A DNA stretch of 64,000 nt from Cellvibrionales bacterium (GTDB lineage: Bacteria > Pseudomonadota > Gammaproteobacteria > Pseudomonadales > UBA7239): the NCBI GenBank assembly GCA_016713115.1, contig JADJPU010000001.1:856642-920641 (forward strand), written 5' to 3'. Below, one piece after another: positions 59,287 to 64,000 of this stretch. Below the pieces are notes generated by a model. That model searched no databases and was not told the origin of the DNA. It saw only the letters and a list, made by a program, of their open reading frames with translations. The stretch's first letter is position 1, and each line of letters starts with the position of its first letter. The translations under genes were made by a program, and so were the position numbers.

Positions 59287-60750
59287 ATGAAACTGCTTTC
59301 TCCAGATACTCAAGAACAAAGGTCATTAGAAAAATTTTTGCCCTTCTTAATCATTTTTTCTGTATGGGCAATCGCGCGCAGCTATGTGTACTACTACAAC
59401 TGGCCTTATTTTCTAGAAGATAACGCAGATTATTCTTCGTTCTACATGTGGTATCTGCCCACCGATATTATTCAGCATCGATTTTTAGATTCTATGGTGT
59501 ATCTGCGTGGCGAACCGCCACTACCACAATTTATTCTTGGTTTATTGATGAAAGGCTTTGGTTGGCCCTTTTTAATTCCAGTGGATTCCTTTTTCTTGTC
59601 AGCTCTCACTCTTCTCACTGCATGGATGATGTATGCCGTTCTGGTGCGCTACCATTTTTTGCCCGCGCTTTCTACTATACTGGCAGCAGCGTGGTGCATG
59701 TACCCCGCCAACCTCAGCGTAGAAGTGTACGCATTCCCTACCGCTCTCTACGAGGCATTACCCAGTTTTATTTTTGTATTATCGCTATGGCTGTGCCTGC
59801 GATGTTTTTCTAATCCACGGATGTCAAACATCTGGCTCTTTGGTTTGGCTGGCGCGATGCTATCGATGTCTCGCTCCACTTTATCGTGGATATTCATACT
59901 ACCACTCCTCATTTCTTTTTTACTGCCAGGCAATAAAGCACGGATTTTGGCTGGTTGCCTTGCCATTATTTTTCAGTTGCTATGGTCATTAAAAAATTAT
60001 TCTGTTTATGGGCAGTTTCATTTAGAAACATCATCCGATGTAGGGCAAAATATTTTTAGCGCTGTACTCAACACGGGCCACATCAATGGCTTTTTAGAAT
60101 ACAGTAAACAAAAAAATCCCAACGATACATTTACCTTGTATGGCATTCCGTGTTTATTGGCCTATGACGAAAAGTGCTTAAAACAACAATTGCCTGATGT
60201 TCAGCACTTGGATGATGCGCTAAGAGAAAAATTACCCAGTAAAGAACCTTTGTACGGCGAAACCTATTACCAGCATGCACTATCTCAAAAAGTAAAACCC
60301 CTCTATGCCGATTATTTGCTGCACAACCCCATAGCTGCACTTAATATCTTACGGCAGTCATACCTGCTATTTTGGGGGGATATTTACTGGCGGATTGGCT
60401 ATATCAAAGGATTGGATACTGACTCCGTCATACTCGGCGTTAATGCGGCCTTTGAGAAATACAAATGGCTCAATATTCTCGGCATCCATCTGATTGGTAT
60501 TCCTGTTTTTCTATTTATCGTCTACTGTGTTTTAAGAGGAAAAACCAATAATCAGCGAGTGGCTTTTCTCTATGCTTTTTTAGGGTATGTATATGTGGCC
60601 ACAATCTCTTCACTGGGTGAATACACCGAAAATACCCGCTACCGTGTTGATGTTGAAGCGCTGGTTTGGCTACTGCCCTTTATGGCATGGCGCTGTATGC
60701 GGTCTGCTTTTTTGCAGCGCACTCTCGCACAAAGCCCGCTCGACCAATGA
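59287..60750 (+). CDS. polytopic membrane protein, possibly GT-C-fold (ArnT/PMT-like) glycosyltransferase
   Basis: 487 aa, at least 9 TM segments. An acidic motif sits in the first loop (YFLEDNADY) and a large loop mid-protein. The family call is motif/topology-based only. AT-rich. Its stop overlaps the ruvX start (ATGA). Confidence 0.45.
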   Translation: MKLLSPDTQEQRSLEKFLPFLIIFSVWAIARSYVYYYNWPYFLEDNADYSSFYMWYLPTDIIQHRFLDSMVYLRGEPPLPQFILGLLMKGFGWPFLIPVDSFFLSALTLLTAWMMYAVLVRYHFLPALSTILAAAWCMYPANLSVEVYAFPTALYEALPSFIFVLSLWLCLRCFSNPRMSNIWLFGLAGAMLSMSRSTLSWIFILPLLISFLLPGNKARILAGCLAIIFQLLWSLKNYSVYGQFHLETSSDVGQNIFSAVLNTGHINGFLEYSKQKNPNDTFTLYGIPCLLAYDEKCLKQQLPDVQHLDDALREKLPSKEPLYGETYYQHALSQKVKPLYADYLLHNPIAALNILRQSYLLFWGDIYWRIGYIKGLDTDSVILGVNAAFEKYKWLNILGIHLIGIPVFLFIVYCVLRGKTNNQRVAFLYAFLGYVYVATISSLGEYTENTRYRVDVEALVWLLPFMAWRCMRSAFLQRTLAQSPLDQ

Positions 60751-61181
60751 GCGCGCTGACTCTCCTTGCATTTGATTACGGCTTACGCCATATCGGTGTT
60801 GCAGTGGGGCAAACATTAATCTCCAGTAGCAATCCTGCTGGCATTGTGCGCGCGCGCGACGGCGTGCCGGACTGGAACGCCGTCGCAAAACTGATCAAGG
60901 AGTGGCAGCCGCAGTTGTTACTGGTGGGTTTGCCACTGAACATGGATGGCACAGACAGTCCGATGTCGCTGCGTGCGCGCAAGTTTTCGCGTCAACTGCA
61001 AGAAAAACACAAAGTTGCGGTGGAGTTGGTCGACGAACGCTTAAGCAGTTTTGCCGCCAAACAAACGCGCAAAGAAACGCAGAGTAGTATAGATTTTGGT
61101 AGAGATACTGTAGACGCCGAAGCCGCTTGTATTATCCTGCAGGATTACTACAACCGCACTCCGGCTACGCCACAACAGTAG
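60747..61181 (+). CDS. ruvX: YqgF/RuvX pre-16S rRNA nuclease (Holliday junction resolvase-like)
   Basis: ORF 60666..61181. ATG 60747 gives MSALTLLAFDYGLRHIGVAVGQ.. and a 144-aa product. Confidence 0.9.
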   Translation: MSALTLLAFDYGLRHIGVAVGQTLISSSNPAGIVRARDGVPDWNAVAKLIKEWQPQLLLVGLPLNMDGTDSPMSLRARKFSRQLQEKHKVAVELVDERLSSFAAKQTRKETQSSIDFGRDTVDAEAACIILQDYYNRTPATPQQ

Positions 61182-61184
61182 TGG

Positions 61185-62606
61185 TTATTTAAAATGATTT
61201 CGGTCGTAACTTTTTTCCGGTTCCATCCACTGATTTAGCGTCAGCACATTGGCATCAGTCAGCGTACCGGCAGTTTGCAGCAAACGCAGTGTGTCCAAAA
61301 TAAACTGATAGCGTGCCGTGGAGTAAGAAAGCTTCACGCGATACAAGCGCTGCTCTGCATCCAGCAAATCAACAATATTGCGTGTGCCAACCTCATAACC
61401 GGCTTGCGTGGCATCCAATGCACTTTGCGCTGACACAATGGCCTGCTTCTGCGCAGCCACGCGTTGAATATCTGTTGTGACTGCCAAATGGTACGAACGC
61501 GCGCCCTGTACCACAGAACGCTGACTGTCCGTTAATTGTTCTTCCGCGGCAATTTGTTGTTGATACGCTTGGCGACGCGCAGCACTGACACCGCCGCCAC
61601 TGTACAAAGGAATGCGCAAATTCAATGCAACAGTGTTGCCATTCATGTCGTCATTCATAGAGCCAAAACCATTGCCGTAATTGATGTCGCCATCGCTATT
61701 GCTGTGTTGGAAAGAGCCATACAAAGTCGGCAAATGCGCTGAGCGGCGTGCTTTAGCATTTTCACGCGAAGCATCCACTGCGAGCGTTGCCACACTCAAC
61801 CTAGGGTTGTTTTCTAACGCCAATTTTTCCCATTCAGCTTGCGCTTCTGGCTGTAACATTTTTACCGGAAGGTCTGCTGACAAAGGTGCAATTTTTTCGA
61901 CGCGTTGACCGGTGAGTTGTTCAACTGCTTCAAACGCTATACCGATATTACCGAGCGCGCTCAAGGTCTCAACATGTGTGCTGTCGAAAGTTGCTTGCGA
62001 TTCCTGTACATCGGTAATGGCTATTAGGCCAACATCAAATCGCTGTTTTGCTTGCTCCAATTGGCGTTCTATCGCTTTTTCTTGCGCCAATGCGGTTTGA
62101 TATGTGTCGATTGCATGCAGCACACCAATGTAGACATCGACCACACGCACCATAAATTCCATTTCATCGACGCGATACTGGGCATCGGCTTGTTCACCTA
62201 TTTTTTTCCCTTTTTGGAAGTCGTACCACTGCTCCATATTGAACAGCGTTTGTGTAACCGTAAGATTGCTGCTGGTGATGTTGGAGCGCACATTGTCACA
62301 ATCGCTAACGCCTGTACTTGCTCCGGAACAGCGATAGCCCTGAATGTGATTTTTGGATTTCGACTTTGTTGCGCCCAGTTCTGCTTGTGGTAATAACGGC
62401 GCTTTATAGATATTGCCCGTCTCGCGTCCCGCTGCCGCCTGTGCTGCCTGCGATTTCAAACGCGCATCATTTTGTCGCGCACTTTGAAAAACCTGTTCCA
62501 GCGTTTCGGCGTGCAACGCACCACTCATAGAAACGCACAACAGCGCCAGCGCACTCGCTTGTAAAATCTTTTTTTGCCAGCCCAATTTTTGCACATTACG
62601 CAGCAT
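61185..62606 (-). CDS. tolC: TolC-family outer membrane efflux protein
   Basis: ORF 61185..62750. ATG 62606 gives the signal peptide MLRNVQKLGWQKKILQASALALLCVSMSGALHA followed by ETLEQVFQSARQNDARL. The longer ORF would run through the TPP riboswitch. Confidence 0.85.
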   Translation of the reverse strand: MLRNVQKLGWQKKILQASALALLCVSMSGALHAETLEQVFQSARQNDARLKSQAAQAAAGRETGNIYKAPLLPQAELGATKSKSKNHIQGYRCSGASTGVSDCDNVRSNITSSNLTVTQTLFNMEQWYDFQKGKKIGEQADAQYRVDEMEFMVRVVDVYIGVLHAIDTYQTALAQEKAIERQLEQAKQRFDVGLIAITDVQESQATFDSTHVETLSALGNIGIAFEAVEQLTGQRVEKIAPLSADLPVKMLQPEAQAEWEKLALENNPRLSVATLAVDASRENAKARRSAHLPTLYGSFQHSNSDGDINYGNGFGSMNDDMNGNTVALNLRIPLYSGGGVSAARRQAYQQQIAAEEQLTDSQRSVVQGARSYHLAVTTDIQRVAAQKQAIVSAQSALDATQAGYEVGTRNIVDLLDAEQRLYRVKLSYSTARYQFILDTLRLLQTAGTLTDANVLTLNQWMEPEKSYDRNHFK

Positions 62607-62750
62607 ATCTATTTCTCGTGAGAGCCATTGGTGTGAGTCGGTCAGTCTAGCAAAGGACCGCTCCCTATAGGTGCAGGCTGTTTTAAGGGATAACCGTGAG
62701 AGCATTCGCTCGTGAACACCTCTTGAGCCAGTGCTACACTGCCTCACCAT

Positions 62751-62825
62751 TGCTCGGGGTGCTGCAATTTGCGGCTGAGAGAAACCCGTCCACCTGATCC
62801 GGATAATGCCGGCGTAGGAAAGCAG
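62751..62825 (+). promoter_or_regulatory. TPP (THI-box) riboswitch upstream of thiD-thiC
   Basis: TTGCTCGGGGTGC..GGCTGAGAGAAACCC..CCTGATCCGGATAATGCCGGCGTAGGAAAGCAG carries the conserved CUGAGA, ACCUGAUC.GGAUAAUGCC.GCG and GGGGUGC elements. The 3' strand of P1 includes the thiD SD (AGGAAAG), 6-8 nt before ATG 62831. Confidence 0.85.
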
Positions 62826-62830
62826 AAACC

Positions 62831-63670
62831 ATGTCGCAGCCCTCTGAACAAACCACCCCGCCCCGCGTACTGAGCATCGCCGGTTCAGACAGCAGCGGCG
62901 GCGCGGGCATTCAAGCCGACCTCAAAACTATCAGCGCCTGCGGTGCTTACGCACTCACCGCCATCACCGCCATCACGGCACAAGATCCTGATGGTGTGCA
63001 AGCCGTGTGGCCTGTCAGCGAAGAACAACTGCGCCAGCAGATCGACTGCGCGCTGCGCTACACCCCCGCCGCCATCAAGCTGGGCATGCTCGGCAACGCC
63101 GCCTTGGTGCAGGTGGTGTGCGACTGTTTAGCCGCGCAGCCGCACATCCCCGTGATTGCCGACACCGTGATCCGCGCCAGCAGCGGTGCTGCGCTGTTGG
63201 ATGATGCCGGCGTACAACTGCTGCGCGACCACTTGCTGCCGCGCACCCAGCTCATCACCCCCAATCGTCAAGAAGCGCGCGCATTATTTGGCGATGACGA
63301 TGAGCGCACACTGCAAACTTGGGTACGACAACACCGAGTGCCGCTGTTGCTGACCGGTGGCGACAGCGGTTTGAGTATCGCTGACGAGCCGCGCTTCTGC
63401 ACCGATGTGTTGATTACGGCGGACACTATCGAACACCTCACTGCGCCGCGCATCGACACAGCCAATCATCACGGCACCGGTTGCACGCTGAGTGCAGCCT
63501 TGGCGAGTTTTATCGCGCACGGTTTTTCAGTAGTGGAAGCTGTGCAATACGCGCGCCAGTTTGTGCAACAGGCGTTGCGCGCTAGTGCAACACAACGCTG
63601 GCCCGGCCACGGACCACTGCATCACTTTTTTGCTTTCGGCCAACGCGCCGTTTCGGAGACTGCACCATGA
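62831..63670 (+). CDS. thiD: hydroxymethylpyrimidine/phosphomethylpyrimidine kinase
   Basis: 279 aa. [21 protein letters not shown].., [11 protein letters not shown]. Confidence 0.9.
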   Translation: MSQPSEQTTPPRVLSIAGSDSSGGAGIQADLKTISACGAYALTAITAITAQDPDGVQAVWPVSEEQLRQQIDCALRYTPAAIKLGMLGNAALVQVVCDCLAAQPHIPVIADTVIRASSGAALLDDAGVQLLRDHLLPRTQLITPNRQEARALFGDDDERTLQTWVRQHRVPLLLTGGDSGLSIADEPRFCTDVLITADTIEHLTAPRIDTANHHGTGCTLSAALASFIAHGFSVVEAVQYARQFVQQALRASATQRWPGHGPLHHFFAFGQRAVSETAP

Positions 63671-64000
63671 CACCACCTATCGCCGCTGAAAAAATGCTGT
63701 CGGATACCGCACAAGTGGATTCCGCATCCGTTGCGCCTTTATCCGGCTCGCGCAAAATTTATCTCACCGGCAGCCGCCCCGATATTCGCGTGCCGATGCG
63801 CGAAATTTCACTGACGGATACGCAACTCGCCAACGGCGTAGAAAAAAATGCGCCGATACGCGTGTACGACACTTCCGGCCCTTACACCGATCCCGCTGTC
63901 AAAATTGATGTGCGCCAAGGCTTGCCCGATGTGCGCAGCGCGTGGATTTTGGAGCGCGATGACACCGAATTGCTGCAAGGTTCCAGCTCGACTTACACCA
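63667..64000 (+). CDS. thiC: phosphomethylpyrimidine synthase, N-terminal part (runs off the right edge)
   Basis: Not in the ORF track (no stop in window). ATG 63667 overlaps the thiD stop (ATGA). Translation is [52 protein letters not shown].., the typical ThiC N-terminus. Confidence 0.9.
   Translation, partial: MTPPIAAEKMLSDTAQVDSASVAPLSGSRKIYLTGSRPDIRVPMREISLTDTQLANGVEKNAPIRVYDTSGPYTDPAVKIDVRQGLPDVRSAWILERDDTELLQGSSSTYT

Noticed and set aside
62607-62750. N-terminal extension of the tolC ORF (start 62750).
   Set aside because: The extension runs antisense through the TPP riboswitch and has no signal peptide. The ATG at 62606 gives a canonical signal peptide.

Overview
Chromosomal segment of a moderately GC-rich gammaproteobacterium. 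The lineage is inferred only from Pseudomonas/E. coli-like synteny blocks. Most of the window is core housekeeping: narG (partial), gpmI-envC-nnr, coq7, htpX, pilT/pilU, proC-yggT, aroE-hemF-tsaC-yraN-lpoA/rsmI, the Pil-Chp type IV pilus chemosensory operon (pilGHIJK-chpABC) running straight into tsaE-amiB-mutL, gshB-tonB-ruvX, tolC, and a TPP riboswitch ahead of thiD-thiC (partial). I found no tRNA/rRNA genes, CRISPR arrays, transposases or integrases. The accessory content is: (i) a secreted protein of about 3,140 codons (9395-18822, currently two ORFs) with roughly 17 PPC-like beta-sandwich modules, thrombospondin type-3 repeats and a 7-blade FG-GAP region; on its flanks are a divergent B12-radical-SAM/SDR pair and a DUF465 + GGDEF pair. 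(ii) Several AT-rich single-gene islets encoding envelope-type functions (acyltransferase-3, DltD/SGNH-like partner of an MBOAT, GT-C-like membrane protein, an orphan membrane protein). The window also has many gene lesions. Six are 1-nt frame breaks in homopolymer runs (envC-like, mega-protein, GGDEF, EamA, HAD C-terminus, lpoA). Two are in-frame TAG codons (pilJ, sulfatase). One is a 30-codon remnant of yggS. The homopolymer pattern points to sequencing or assembly error, but real pseudogenisation cannot be excluded from the sequence alone. I see no clear-cut novel system; the best candidates are the rSAM/SDR + mega-adhesin + c-di-GMP neighbourhood and the MBOAT/DltD-like pair.
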